From NCBI GenBank assembly GCA_965261315.1, contig CBDHDM010000044.1, positions 22,495-86,494 of the forward strand: a stretch of DNA of 64,000 nt. Reading direction: 5' to 3'. Below, piece by piece: positions 21,297 through 31,727 of the stretch (positions are counted from its first letter, which is position 1; every line of letters starts with the position of its first letter). The translations under genes were made by a program, and so were the position numbers. The notes beneath the pieces are model-generated. The model had not been told where the DNA came from. It searched no databases and saw only the letters and a program-made list of their open reading frames with translations. This DNA comes from Endozoicomonas sp. (lineage in GTDB: Bacteria > Pseudomonadota > Gammaproteobacteria > Pseudomonadales > Endozoicomonadaceae).

Positions 21297-21349
21297 GATT
21301 CTGCGTTGTCCGCTGATGCCATAAAGTCGTTGACCTGTATAGCAGCAGC

Positions 21350-21661
21350 TCAACTCATCAACTCATCAAACTGCTCAATAATCAGCAAGAGTTTTTCCCT
21401 TTCAAGACGCTCAATCGTCAAAGCTTCTTCCGCATAGGATTTGATGTTAGATCCTTTTGGCAAACGCCCACCACTATCGATGATAGCCTGAACGCGGGGA
21501 ACAAAGATCCACTGTAACCACTGACTGAACGCCATGGTATCCATACAAAAGGGAGTGGTACTGGCCATGGCTTCAACCGGGGGGGGCATCGGAAGCCAGA
21601 CATCCTGTCTGCGCAGCTCTACTTCTATCGCTTCCAGTAAAATAATAACGTCTTTAGACAT
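21350..21661 (-). CDS. yqcC: YqcC family protein
   Basis: STTPFCMDTMAFSQWLQWIFVPR. Confidence 0.9.
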   Translation of the reverse strand: MSKDVIILLEAIEVELRRQDVWLPMPPPVEAMASTTPFCMDTMAFSQWLQWIFVPRVQAIIDSGGRLPKGSNIKSYAEEALTIERLEREKLLLIIEQFDELMS

Positions 21662-21677
21662 CTCAGCTATTTGCTCT

Positions 21678-22106
21678 TTAATACAATGTACGTAACAGAT
21701 GATTGATTTTACGTTCCAGAATAAAGCCCGGGCCAAGACTCAGAGCCCGTTCTGCCAGTTGGCGGGATTGTTCTGGGCGACCCTGGCCCTGCCTGAGTAA
21801 AGCCAACTGGTAATACACTTCCGGAGCTGTCGGGCTGATTCGCATCGCCCGTCCGAGTGTACTTTCTGCTTCGTCCAACCTGCCTGCCTCTCTGGCATTC
21901 CAGGCCTGATTCAGCAGAGTACCCAAGGCATCCTGACGCTGTTCGTAGGGAGATGAGGTAACGGGCTGGTCTTCCTGCTGTATCAGCACAGGCGTGGAAC
22001 ATCCGGCCAGAACCCCAGTTAACGCCAACACAATCAGGCCTTTCCTGGCAAAGCTCTCTTTCTTTAAGCAGGAAGCTATAAATTGAGGGGGAATGTAATA
22101 CTTCAT
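21678..22106 (-). CDS. TPR lipoprotein, LpoP-like PBP1B partner
   Basis: Lipobox LAGC; TPR AESTLGRAMRISP...QLAERALSL; overlaps the mrcB stop. Confidence 0.75.
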   Translation of the reverse strand: MKYYIPPQFIASCLKKESFARKGLIVLALTGVLAGCSTPVLIQQEDQPVTSSPYEQRQDALGTLLNQAWNAREAGRLDEAESTLGRAMRISPTAPEVYYQLALLRQGQGRPEQSRQLAERALSLGPGFILERKINHLLRTLY

Positions 22107-24436
22107 TCAAACCACGCTTTAATCTTGTCAAACAGATTGTCTTTCACATCTGCCTTACAACCGGCATAAGCCTGTGGCTCAGACCCTTTAATATATGGCA
22201 TTTGCAGGGCACCTTCACAGTAGCGATGGCTTCGACCATTTGCTGTGGGATTGACCCAGATGCTCGTTAGATTACTGGCATCCAGTGACGTAACCGATTG
22301 AACCGGAACATTCGACATAAAGTTACCCCAGATTTTCAGAGCACCGCTGCTGCCAGTCAGTTTCGTTGGGCTGTTGTCATCATGGCCAATCCAGGTAACC
22401 GCCACCAGGTCACCGGAGTAACCAGCGAACCAGCTGTCCCTCAGGTCATTGGTAGTTCCTGTTTTGCCACCCAGCGCGATACCGGGTTTAACATACTGGT
22501 AGACTCTTCGCCCGGTACCTTCCTTCATCACAATACCCAGAGCAGTACGTAGTAATTCCATGTGAGCAGGCTCAAAAGCACGCTCTACTGAGAGACTGTA
22601 ACGGCTTAAAGGTTTACCCTGACTGTCCACCACGGCATCTATTGCCCGCAGCGGCATACGGAACCCCCCACTGGCAATGGTCTGATACATTTTGGCAACC
22701 TCAATAGGGGCCATTGACGGCGAGCCCAGCAACACCGAGGGATAAGGCGGAAGATCCTGATCAATACCCAGTCTTTTCAGAGTATCCAGTACCGATGACA
22801 AACCGACCGCCATGCCGGTATTGGCTGCTGCCTGATTATAGGATTTAGCCAAAGCAAGGTAGAGTGGCACCTGCCCGTGGGATTCACGGCTATAGTTCTG
22901 AGGCTCCCAGTAGCCTCCACGACCATCACTGATTTTCACCGGTGTATCACTGACTGGCGTGGTCAGTGTGTACTGGTTTGGTCGCTCCAGTGCCGTAAGA
23001 TAAATAGCCGGTTTCAATAAAGAACCTACCGGCCTGCGAGCCTCAATAGCACGGTTGAATCCGGCATAGCCAGGGTTTCGATCACCCACAATGGCGAGCA
23101 GATCACCCGTCTGGGCAGAGCTGACCACCATGGCTCCCTGAAGTTGATTATCCTTACCCAGAGCTTTTAAGGTGCTAGTAACACTTTTCTGAGCTTCCCG
23201 CTGAATCACTGGATCCAGATTGGTAAAGATTCTCAGGCCCTCACTGGTCAGATCCTTCTCGTCATAATCCTTTCGCAGCTGTTCTTTAACCATATCGATA
23301 TAAGCAGGAAAATCATTGGTGCTAACCAGTTCACGACTGACAACGCCCAATGGCAATTTCTTGGAACGCTCTACTTCAGCAACCGGAACGATGGAACGCT
23401 CCGCCAGCACATCAAGTACCAGGTTGCGTCGCTCAAGGACACGTTCCGGGTATCGTCTCGGGTCGTAATAAGATGGGCCTTTGACAATAGCCACCAGCAG
23501 CGCCGTACGAGCAAGGTTTAGCTCCTGAAGGGGCTGGGCAAAGTAAAACTGGCTGGCTAGACCAAAGCCATGAATCGCCCTGCGACCATGCTGCCCCAGA
23601 TAAACCTCATTTAAATAGGTCTCAAGAATCTCTTCTTTGCCGTAATGCAGCTCAAGCAGAAGCGCCATCATCGCTTCTTTGCCTTTTCGAACCAATGTAC
23701 GCTCGTTGGTCAAAAAGAAGTTTTTAACCAGCTGCTGAGTGATAGTACTTCCCCCCTGAACAACACTACCGGCTTTCAGGTTGGCAACCATGGCCCGGGC
23801 AATGGACGTGGGCGAAATACCAGGATGGTCGTAATAATCCCTGTCTTCGATCGCCAGCAGAGCAGGGATCAGGTAACTGGGGGTCTGGGAAGTTCGAATC
23901 AACAATCGATCTTCATAGCTTGCCGGGTAAATCCCTCCGATCGGCTGAGGGTCCAGTCTCAGCAGTGGCAGGCTTTTACCGTCCCGCCCCCCCAAACGCA
24001 CAACTTCACTACCCTGAAAGTCAACTTTTACATAGCGGGATGGCTCTGAACCATCAGGAAAGTGGAAGCCGCGGCTATAGATGACAAACTGATTACCATT
24101 TCTGGCATAAGTGCCAGGCCGACTAACATCCCGGACCGCCTGATACCCCTGACGCTTAAGTTGAGACTGGAGATCACTGGGGGTAATGAGCCTGCCAGCA
24201 TACAGTTCCATCGGGCGTGCAAATACCTTGGCCGGTATTGCCCACTTTTTACCTTCAAACTGCTTGGTGACCACAGCATCCAGATAGACAGCATAAGCAG
24301 AAACCAGAACCACCAGTGTCAAGCCAAGCTTGAACATAATGGATTTCCATGGCACCGGATTTCCCTGTTTTTTCTTCGAGGATGATTTGGTTTTTTTGGC
24401 AGATTGGCCTTTTTTAGTCGTCGATTTCTTTACCAT
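22103..24436 (-). CDS. mrcB: Penicillin-binding protein 1B
   Basis: UB2H region, EDRDYYDH, QGGSTITQQLVKN, SLLK, SYN, KTGT. Confidence 0.96.
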   Translation of the reverse strand: MVKKSTTKKGQSAKKTKSSSKKKQGNPVPWKSIMFKLGLTLVVLVSAYAVYLDAVVTKQFEGKKWAIPAKVFARPMELYAGRLITPSDLQSQLKRQGYQAVRDVSRPGTYARNGNQFVIYSRGFHFPDGSEPSRYVKVDFQGSEVVRLGGRDGKSLPLLRLDPQPIGGIYPASYEDRLLIRTSQTPSYLIPALLAIEDRDYYDHPGISPTSIARAMVANLKAGSVVQGGSTITQQLVKNFFLTNERTLVRKGKEAMMALLLELHYGKEEILETYLNEVYLGQHGRRAIHGFGLASQFYFAQPLQELNLARTALLVAIVKGPSYYDPRRYPERVLERRNLVLDVLAERSIVPVAEVERSKKLPLGVVSRELVSTNDFPAYIDMVKEQLRKDYDEKDLTSEGLRIFTNLDPVIQREAQKSVTSTLKALGKDNQLQGAMVVSSAQTGDLLAIVGDRNPGYAGFNRAIEARRPVGSLLKPAIYLTALERPNQYTLTTPVSDTPVKISDGRGGYWEPQNYSRESHGQVPLYLALAKSYNQAAANTGMAVGLSSVLDTLKRLGIDQDLPPYPSVLLGSPSMAPIEVAKMYQTIASGGFRMPLRAIDAVVDSQGKPLSRYSLSVERAFEPAHMELLRTALGIVMKEGTGRRVYQYVKPGIALGGKTGTTNDLRDSWFAGYSGDLVAVTWIGHDDNSPTKLTGSSGALKIWGNFMSNVPVQSVTSLDASNLTSIWVNPTANGRSHRYCEGALQMPYIKGSEPQAYAGCKADVKDNLFDKIKAWFE

Positions 24437-24569
24437 GCGGGCGATTATACGCTAGAGCCTGCTGATGATCTTTTGCGGAAAACGAAAATTGCAGGATATT
24501 GACTCTATTTTTTTATTTACAGGCCCGTATAGGCGTCGTTATCACCTCTTAATCCAAGGTAGTTGATCA

Positions 24570-25184
24570 ATGCCCCTGCCAATTGACGAAAAGTGGCTCT
24601 ATGAACCCACTGAGCTAACCCAAAGCGCCACACCCTTTCTGGTTATCATGATGGGGCTATCGGGTTCAGGAAAAAGTACTGCCAGCGGGATGATCGCCCA
24701 CGAGTTTCAGGCCGCCTGGGTATGCGCCGATGTGGTCAGGAAGCGTCTCTACGGTTTGAGACCAGAACAATCTTCCAAAGCAGCAGGCCTGAATATTTAC
24801 TCCCCTGCCGCTCATAAAAAGACATTCACCCAAATGGGCTCTCTGGCTCACACTCTGCTGGAATCGGGTTATTCGGTCATTCTTGATTCTGCAGCTCTGC
24901 GTGCCATAAATCGTCAACAATTTATCGACATTGCAAAAAATCTCGAGACTACCTGCGCAATTGTCTACTGCAAGGCGCAGGAAGGCACAATTAATGAGAG
25001 GCTCTGCAACCGGCTAAAGAAGCCCGGAGCCCCCTCCGAAGCGACTGTTGATATCATGAAACAGCAGCTGGATTGGCTGGAAGAGCCCTGTTCAATAGAC
25101 GCCCCTCTTCTAATATCACTCAATACCGATCATCTATTTTGGCAGGACGAGTTAAAAAGACAGCTGGAACGCTATGGAATTTGA
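24570..25184 (+). CDS. AAA_33 P-loop kinase-like protein
   Basis: GLSGSGKST, DVVRKRL, SEAT motif. Confidence 0.85.
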   Translation: MPLPIDEKWLYEPTELTQSATPFLVIMMGLSGSGKSTASGMIAHEFQAAWVCADVVRKRLYGLRPEQSSKAAGLNIYSPAAHKKTFTQMGSLAHTLLESGYSVILDSAALRAINRQQFIDIAKNLETTCAIVYCKAQEGTINERLCNRLKKPGAPSEATVDIMKQQLDWLEEPCSIDAPLLISLNTDHLFWQDELKRQLERYGI

Positions 25185-25351
25185 TAGGTAGTACCATTAA
25201 GGCGTCAAATTATCATTGCTTCGGTAATAACTGATAACTCTATGGGAGGACCTCAAAAGTCTGGTCTATTCTTAAGAGAAAATGACTTCTGACTTTCAAT
25301 AATCATGCTGTCTCTGGTACGGACGCTAGAGTTGAGTTAGGGATCCAGTAA

Positions 25352-25618
25352 ATGGCAACTGATCTGATCGAATTAAAAAACCTTGGCAAAACATCCGTAC
25401 AATGGTTGAACGCTGTTGGCATCAGAACCCTTGAACAACTTCATGAAGTTGGTTCTGTTGCAGCCTATTGCAAAGTCCGTGACCGGGGGTTCAAAGTTTC
25501 GAAAGTATTGCTCTACGCACTTGAAGGCGCTCTTATCGGAGCCCACTGGAATGACCTGGACCCTGATTACAAAGCCCGCCTGCTTGAGGCTGTAGAAGAC
25601 AGTCCCCCTGTGCTGTAA
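25352..25618 (+). CDS. TfoX C-terminal domain protein
   Basis: LKNLGKTSVQWLNAVGI, LLYALEGAL..HW. Confidence 0.9.
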   Translation: MATDLIELKNLGKTSVQWLNAVGIRTLEQLHEVGSVAAYCKVRDRGFKVSKVLLYALEGALIGAHWNDLDPDYKARLLEAVEDSPPVL

Positions 25619-25642
25619 CCTCTTCAACAATCGTAAGCTTAT

Positions 25643-26392
25643 TTATCTATCATGACCGCAGACAGGGCAATCCGGGTCTGCCTGCAGTCCCATTGTCTGC
25701 CACTCCATGGTCATGGCATCAAAGATCATCAACCGACCATGTAACGTCTTTCCAAAGCCGGTGATCAGCTTGATCGTTTCCAGAGCCTGCATTGTGCCAA
25801 TAGTACCCACTACCGGCCCCAGTATTCCGGATTCTGAGCAGCTGAGGTTTTCATTGCTTTGTTCATCATAAAGACAGCGGTAGCAGGGAGCATCTGGCTG
25901 TCGGCGATCATAAACGGACAACTGCCCATTAAGCCTAATGGCCGCCCCGCTCACTAATGGAACGCCAGCCCTGACACAGGCAGCATTGATCGCAAAACGG
26001 CTGGAAAAGTTATCGGTACAATCCAGAACCACGGTTGCTTTACTCACCTGTTCGAACAGAGCTTCACCTTCCAGACGGTCTTCCACGACCTCAAATTCAA
26101 CACCTCCGTTTATTGCAGACAACCGGTTTTTTGCAGCTTCTGCTTTTGGAGTACCCTGATCAAGGCTGGAATAAAGCAATTGTCTCTGTAAGTTCGTGGT
26201 ATCCACCGTATCCGGATCCACCAGCACCATCTGTCCAACTCCAGCAGCTGCCAGATACTGTGCTGCCGGGCAGCCAAGCCCCCCCAAACCAAGAATTAAA
26301 ACTCTGGCCTCCAGCAACCGCTCCTGCCCCTCAATATCAATCTGAGGAAGCATGATTTGTCGACTATAGCGGAGTAACTGCTCATCATTCAT
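25643..26392 (-). CDS. moeB: MoeB/ThiF adenylyltransferase
   Basis: RYSRQIML, GLGGLG, NLQRQ, CYRC and CPVC. Confidence 0.9.
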   Translation of the reverse strand: MNDEQLLRYSRQIMLPQIDIEGQERLLEARVLILGLGGLGCPAAQYLAAAGVGQMVLVDPDTVDTTNLQRQLLYSSLDQGTPKAEAAKNRLSAINGGVEFEVVEDRLEGEALFEQVSKATVVLDCTDNFSSRFAINAACVRAGVPLVSGAAIRLNGQLSVYDRRQPDAPCYRCLYDEQSNENLSCSESGILGPVVGTIGTMQALETIKLITGFGKTLHGRLMIFDAMTMEWQTMGLQADPDCPVCGHDR

Positions 26393-26415
26393 GGCCGGTC
26401 AAAGTCCTTATAAAA

Positions 26416-26808
26416 TTAAGCTTCTGACTCGACGAACTCTGCATAGGCTTCTGCATCCAGCAGATCACCCAGCTCACCATCATCCTTCAACTTCATTTTG
26501 AAGAACCAGCCGTCATTATATGGGTCACTATTGACGGTTTCCGGAGCGTCTTCCAGTGTCCCGTTTATTTCAACAATTTCACCAGTCAACGGTGCATAGA
26601 TCTCAGAAGCCGCTTTTACAGACTCTACAGCCCCCGCTTCATCACCAGCACCAAGAACAGTACTCGGCTCAGGCAACTCAACAAATACGACATCCCCCAA
26701 TGACTCCTGGGCGTGATCAGTAATACCAATGGTGACGGTTCCGTCTTCTTCCAACCTGACCCATTCGTGGGAACGCAGATACCGTAACTCAGAAGGTATG
26801 TTGCTCAT
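26416..26808 (-). CDS. gcvH: Glycine cleavage system H protein
   Basis: [20 protein letters not shown] lipoyl motif. Confidence 0.97.
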   Translation of the reverse strand: MSNIPSELRYLRSHEWVRLEEDGTVTIGITDHAQESLGDVVFVELPEPSTVLGAGDEAGAVESVKAASEIYAPLTGEIVEINGTLEDAPETVNSDPYNDGWFFKMKLKDDGELGDLLDAEAYAEFVESEA

Positions 26809-27007
26809 CTAATAATCCTCGGTCGACTGTCTGTAATGCTGAAAAGCATTAGGTTCCTATCTCATTATCCCCCTCCCAGAAGACAAAAAGATGAACTCAA
26901 ATACTTCTCGTTGACTCATGGCTTTTTTCAAGCTCATGGCTGACTGGCACGAGCATTCTAACGAGTTTAATGTGAAGTTTACATAGCACTGCTTCGGTTA
27001 ACCAACC

Positions 27008-27570
27008 GAACTATTGATATTAGGCGAACAGTACTGTCGAGCACCTGTCAGCTATATACAAAAGCTCACTGCCTGTGCAAGACTGAAATGGTGTAGTGAA
27101 AGGGCAAGGTAGCCCACACTGAGTAATATGCCATAAGCGATCGTGGCATTGATTTATAACGGAAAGTGATAAGGTTCAAGGTCGAATGTCACTACAAGTG
27201 CTTTTTTGCAGGGCTGGAAAGTAAACAAATTAACTATGATGAGCGAAAAAGGGACACTGAGTATGAGGTTAATCTTGCTTCAGCATTAAGAACATTGCTG
27301 AATATCACACACCAATTAGCCAGTCTGGCAAACACTCCCTCGGCAAGTATAAACCTGGCATTCAGTGCTACTATTGACATGAATGGAAGTACTGTCTCAC
27401 TGGAGTCATCCCTGGTACGGGAACTGCTGTTTTTACAAAGTCATACAACGCACCACATGGCTCCAATCAACCTGCTGTTTCACGTATCAGGTAATGAACC
27501 ACCAAAAAACCTTGGTGTAACCACCTCTACACTGATCTACCGAAAGCAGCAGGTGATGCCTTCTGATTAG
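27008..27570 (+). pseudogene. DinB-family protein remnant
   Basis: HYKCFFAGL, INYDERKRD, RELLFLQSHTTHHMA; possible N-terminal piece EQYCRAPVSYIQ near 27027-27062; no intact start. Confidence 0.7.
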
Positions 27571-28431
27571 GCCGCCTCACGATGATATTTCAGAAACAGG
27601 CTACAACGCTCAGCTCCCATATATTTTGATAGTGTTTTTTCATCAACCTTCAACAGGTCGACAATAATCAGTCCATCCAGAGCATTATTAAAGTCCGGAT
27701 CCACATTGAATGCAGCGAGCTCTCCCCGCAGCTTCAAATACTGGCGCAGAAGAACCGGCACGCCTTTATTATCTTTTTCAATCTGCTGAACCAGAGAAGA
27801 AAGCTGCTCAATATTATTGATGCCCTGTAAATCCTTTACAGACCAGAACTGGCCAGAGCTTTTTAACGGTGTCGTAGATCTGACCAGCTCAGCCAGCGCT
27901 TGATCGGAATTGTTAACGCCAAGACAGCCCGCCATTAATTGACGTGACACTTCACTGTAGTCACTGCTGATACTGACTGGACCAAACAGAACTCGATAGA
28001 TTAGCCGCAACATATGCCCCGATGCCTTTCCAAAGCATTAGCAGAGCACTCAGGCTCTTCTGGTATTCCGGACGGACAAAAGAACGTCCCATTTCCAGGC
28101 AACAGCCCAACTTATGAATAAAGCTGTCCTTGTAATGCCTTTGCAACAGGAGATCTGCCAGTGCAACGCCTTCAATTCCACCAAAAGGATGGTTCGCCAC
28201 GATAATCGATGGGCCGGAGTCAGGAATTGATGAGATGGAGCCTCTTGCAACTTCATAGCTAACGTTAAAAATCTCCAGCACCCGCTTCAGGAAGGCTTTT
28301 CCGGAGTATTGATGCCTGTATTCAGGCTCATACAGACGTTCAAGAATGTTCAGTCCAATAAACTTCTCAATTGCAGATTCTATCAAGCCAAAGCGTGTAT
28401 GCCTTGGTAAACGAAAAGGTGAGTTCAGCAT
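27567..28431 (-). pseudogene. PlsC-acyltransferase/GNAT fusion (OlsF-like) with a large internal deletion
   Basis: IVANHPFGGIEG joined abruptly to LEMGRSFVRPEYQ...LWKGIG; frameshift; LFGPVSIS, PVLLRQYLKL, FNVDPDF..LDGL. Confidence 0.8.
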
Positions 28432-28504
28432 GTAGTCCTCTCTCCCTGAGTTTTTTCCAATGACAAAAAGGTGAAAATGAAGTGATGTTTTTATGAAGGT
28501 GAGC

Positions 28505-28551
28505 GTTGAAGAACCACAGCTATCAAAAAGAAAACAGTGGTGTTCTTCAAC
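28505..28551. other. Intergenic inverted repeat
   Basis: GTTGAAGAAC...GTTCTTCAAC. Confidence 0.45.
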
Positions 28552-28563
28552 ACTTTAAAATTA

Positions 28564-28994
28564 TTAACTATGAAGGAGCTGCTTAATTTTGTTATCAGTA
28601 TTTCTAAACTCCAGGATCGTCAGAATAATACCTGACACAAGCAAGCCACAGGCATTATAAAACAGAAGCCCTCCATCATCCCCAATGATATTCCCAAGTT
28701 CATCAAACTCGGGCATGGCAATGCCAAGCGGGGTGAATAAATGAAAGAATACGGCGCCTGTCATTACGCCTGTGGCAATAGCTGCCCCATATAGGCGCAG
28801 TGTGAAGCCAGCAGCTCGACAGCCCCGACCCCATAAGCGCCATAGTCGGCAAACCATTGAAACCCGGACCACGCGCCAAGAACCCCAAAGATATGCAAAG
28901 TTTCATATGCAGCAGTAAATTTAAAAAACAATGACTGAACAAATACCACGGCAATGTACAGGCTTAGCGCCCAAGTAAATCCCTTATAAACCAT
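28564..28994 (-). pseudogene. DoxX-like membrane protein, frameshifted
   Basis: FVQSLFFKFT..ETLHIF, GAVELLAS, then another frame GVMTGAVFFHLFTPLGI...DDGGLLF. Confidence 0.8.
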
Positions 28995-29019
28995 CTGTGC
29001 CTCCTGGCAAATATAAAAG

Positions 29020-29463
29020 TCAGTTCATTTCAGGCCAGTGCTTATCCGCAGCTTTAATAAAGCCCGGAATATCCTTAAGCCATGTTTCCTGAACGCTGCT
29101 GTCATAATTCAAGTACAGTTTGTTATCGACAATTTTCCAGTATTTAGGGTCTCCCGGTGCCCGTTGTTTTTTTGCAGCGACAGCCCATGCACAGTAACCA
29201 CCATACTGTGGCATATACTTCTCAGGATTCTCTTTGAACAGGTTCAAATGCTTCTCTGAAGAGAAGTACCATTCAACATCCAGATACTCAAATTTATATT
29301 TGGCACTCCCTTTCACCGGCTTCTCTTCAGTGAAATAAGCCACTGCATCATAACCGCTGACCGCTTTACTGCTGAACCAACCGGTATAAATATGCTTGTC
29401 TGCAAAGGAGGGTACGCTGACAACCAACACAAACAGAGTAATGATCTTGAGCAATTTATTCAT
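29020..29463 (-). CDS. Exported YHS-domain protein
   Basis: Signal peptide, GYDAVAYF, PEKYMPQYGGYCAWAV, WKIVDNKLYLNY. Confidence 0.9.
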   Translation of the reverse strand: MNKLLKIITLFVLVVSVPSFADKHIYTGWFSSKAVSGYDAVAYFTEEKPVKGSAKYKFEYLDVEWYFSSEKHLNLFKENPEKYMPQYGGYCAWAVAAKKQRAPGDPKYWKIVDNKLYLNYDSSVQETWLKDIPGFIKAADKHWPEMN

Positions 29464-29491
29464 GAGGTTCCGTCCTCTTGTTATTTCTATC

Positions 29492-30651
29492 CTATTCTGT
29501 CTCAGGATAACGGCTAACCAGCTTTTTCTCCCTTCGCCATGCCCCTATCAATTGTCGAAGTGGAGGGGAAGAAAAACCTCTACGCCGATTAATAGCTCCC
29601 AGTTTAAAAAGCGTTCGATATTGAAAAAAAAGCGTTTTAAAAGCATCGGCCAGTGAGCCTCTGCAGTCCCATACATGAGCAGCCTCACTGCTGGCTCCAT
29701 TAATTTCAAGTATATAGTAATCCTGTCCCTTCATTAGAGAATCAATATCCTTAAAACGGACATCAAACCGACCGTAGTAAAATTCCGGCAAGTCATCACA
29801 CAGTCGGTCAAAGGCTCTGGTCAGCTCAGGCGTTATGAATTTCCGCCCATCCCTGAAGATACAGCCCCTACTGTGGCTACCAGTAAATGCCAGGCGAAAC
29901 GGCTGCCCGTGAGGTAAGACATCCTGTAGTCGATCCCTGTGCCTCGGCAGATAGAGATGCTTTAGCTGACCAGCCCTGGGATCCATTGAAATCAGCTCTT
30001 CCAGAGTATTTTGTCCATTCCCGATTACATATGGCTGGTATTTCAGCGTGATAGAGATGATTTCGCCATTTTCGGTTTCAGGATAACGGATATAAAAAAT
30101 ACCAGCTTCCGCCTCGTAGGGAACCAGTTGCTGGAACAGAATATGGCCATCGGCCGGAAACTTTTCTATATATGCAACCAGCTCAGCTTTACTCCTGATC
30201 AACTGAACACCTGCACCACGGCAGCCAATATCAGGCTTAGCCACCAGTGGAAAGCTCAGGCTCGCATGTTTAAAGAGCCGCTGCGCACGACTGGACCCTG
30301 ATCAGCATTTTCCCACTCATCCAGTAATACCCAGGGAGCAATCCTGTCTTTGGCAGCACCAGATGCTTTGGAGAAAACGCCTGACTTCGACTCTCCAACC
30401 ATCCCACTTAAAGGAATTGAGGGGTTGGCGATCAATGGCAATCCGAGACCTTGAAAACGGATAGCGTTCCAAAGCCATTGAAAAGCCACAGGAATGTAAA
30501 AAAGATAGCCCGGCCAAAACTCAAAAAATGAAATGGGTTTCTTTACTTGCTCAAGGTCTGGCATACCGGGATGAACCGGCTTATCCGGTGATGTTCTCTC
30601 AACAAATAATCGGGCAGATGCACTATTCTTTTCGTGAACTAAAACTTCCAT
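29492..30651 (-). pseudogene. ATP-grasp (D-Ala-D-Ala ligase-like) protein, frameshifted
   Basis: SFFEFWP, ANPSI..GMVGESK, FPLVAKPDIGCRGAGV, GSHSRG, YYGRFDVRF, EINGASSE; frame change near 30260-30300. Confidence 0.82.
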
Positions 30652-30694
30652 AACTTATTCAGACTACCTTCCCTGAGATGATTTAACCACAATA

Positions 30695-31278
30695 TCAGAC
30701 CTGACTTTTCTCAGCGCTATCATTTCCTATTGACCGCTTTATACTTCGATGCAAAATCAGAATGGCGGTGATCACCAAAAGAAGCAAAAGCCATTTTAGT
30801 GAAGAAAGCTCACTCCAAAACATAGAGCTAAACCAGTAAAGCCCCATAAAAATCACACCGGTCCACACCAAAGAGGCCAGAAAAACCCAACAGGAAAAAG
30901 CAACAAATGAATATTGAAAAAAGCCACAGGCAACGTAAGAAGGTAATCTGAGGCCTGGCACCACGCGTACAACCAGAATGGTCCAGATAGCACGCCGTTT
31001 TAGCCATTCACCTGCGCTATTAACCTTCTCCTTTGGAATTCTTTTGTCTAGCCATGACCAACGGCCTAAAAACGTCCCAGCCCATAAAGGCCGAGGTCTC
31101 CGGTAAAAATCCCGATAAACAGCGCCAGAAAAGCCAGTTTTGGCGACAGAAAGCCATCAATACTGATCAATGCTGCCGAAATAATGGCAGCATCTTCAAG
31201 AAGATAGGTTGACAGTAAAATTAAGCCTGCCAATACCAGAGGGTTCTTTGTGACATCCAATATCAACTCTGCCATCAA
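30695..31278 (-). pseudogene. DedA/VTT-family membrane protein, frameshifted
   Basis: TYLLEDAA, GIFTGDLGLYGLGR, then a -1 shift in a T run to RVVPGLRLPSYVACG. Confidence 0.8.
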
Positions 31279-31354
31279 TCATCCAAATTACTTTGAAGCC
31301 TCTATATCCATCAACCATACTTTTTTCTTAGGGGAATTCCAAATCGAAAAAAAA

Positions 31355-31723
31355 ATGAACAAGAAACTATTGAACATCATTTTATTCATGGTGTTCAGCC
31401 TTGGTATTCAAGCAGAATTAGTCGAAGGTATTAAATCCACCAGGCTCATTATTGGATTTTACTCTGACGCCTATCATGGACTGGGTGGTGCTGTTGAAGC
31501 GAATGAGTACATTAATAAGTATTCAAAAAGTAACCACCCAATATCATTGGTCAGGCCATTGGGTAATAACTCAATCCTTGTCCATATCAATCAGTCTGCT
31601 GATTCACAAATAGAAAAAACTATTAACCAGCTGTTATTACTGGAAAAAATTCGCTTTATCGAAATTGATGACACCATGAACCCATTACAAGATAGAAATA
31701 TGGGCACCACACCCTTGAGGTAA
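31355..31723 (+). CDS. Exported protein resembling a stand-alone subtilase propeptide
   Basis: Signal peptide; RLIIGF...IRFIEIDDTM parallels RVIVHF...VEFAEPDLVM in the downstream protease prodomain. Confidence 0.55.
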   Translation: MNKKLLNIILFMVFSLGIQAELVEGIKSTRLIIGFYSDAYHGLGGAVEANEYINKYSKSNHPISLVRPLGNNSILVHINQSADSQIEKTINQLLLLEKIRFIEIDDTMNPLQDRNMGTTPLR

Positions 31724-31727
31724 AACC

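Noticed and set aside
29020..29463. Selenoprotein recoding in the YHS gene
   Set aside because: The GGYCAW position is a normal Cys codon; no in-frame TGA.
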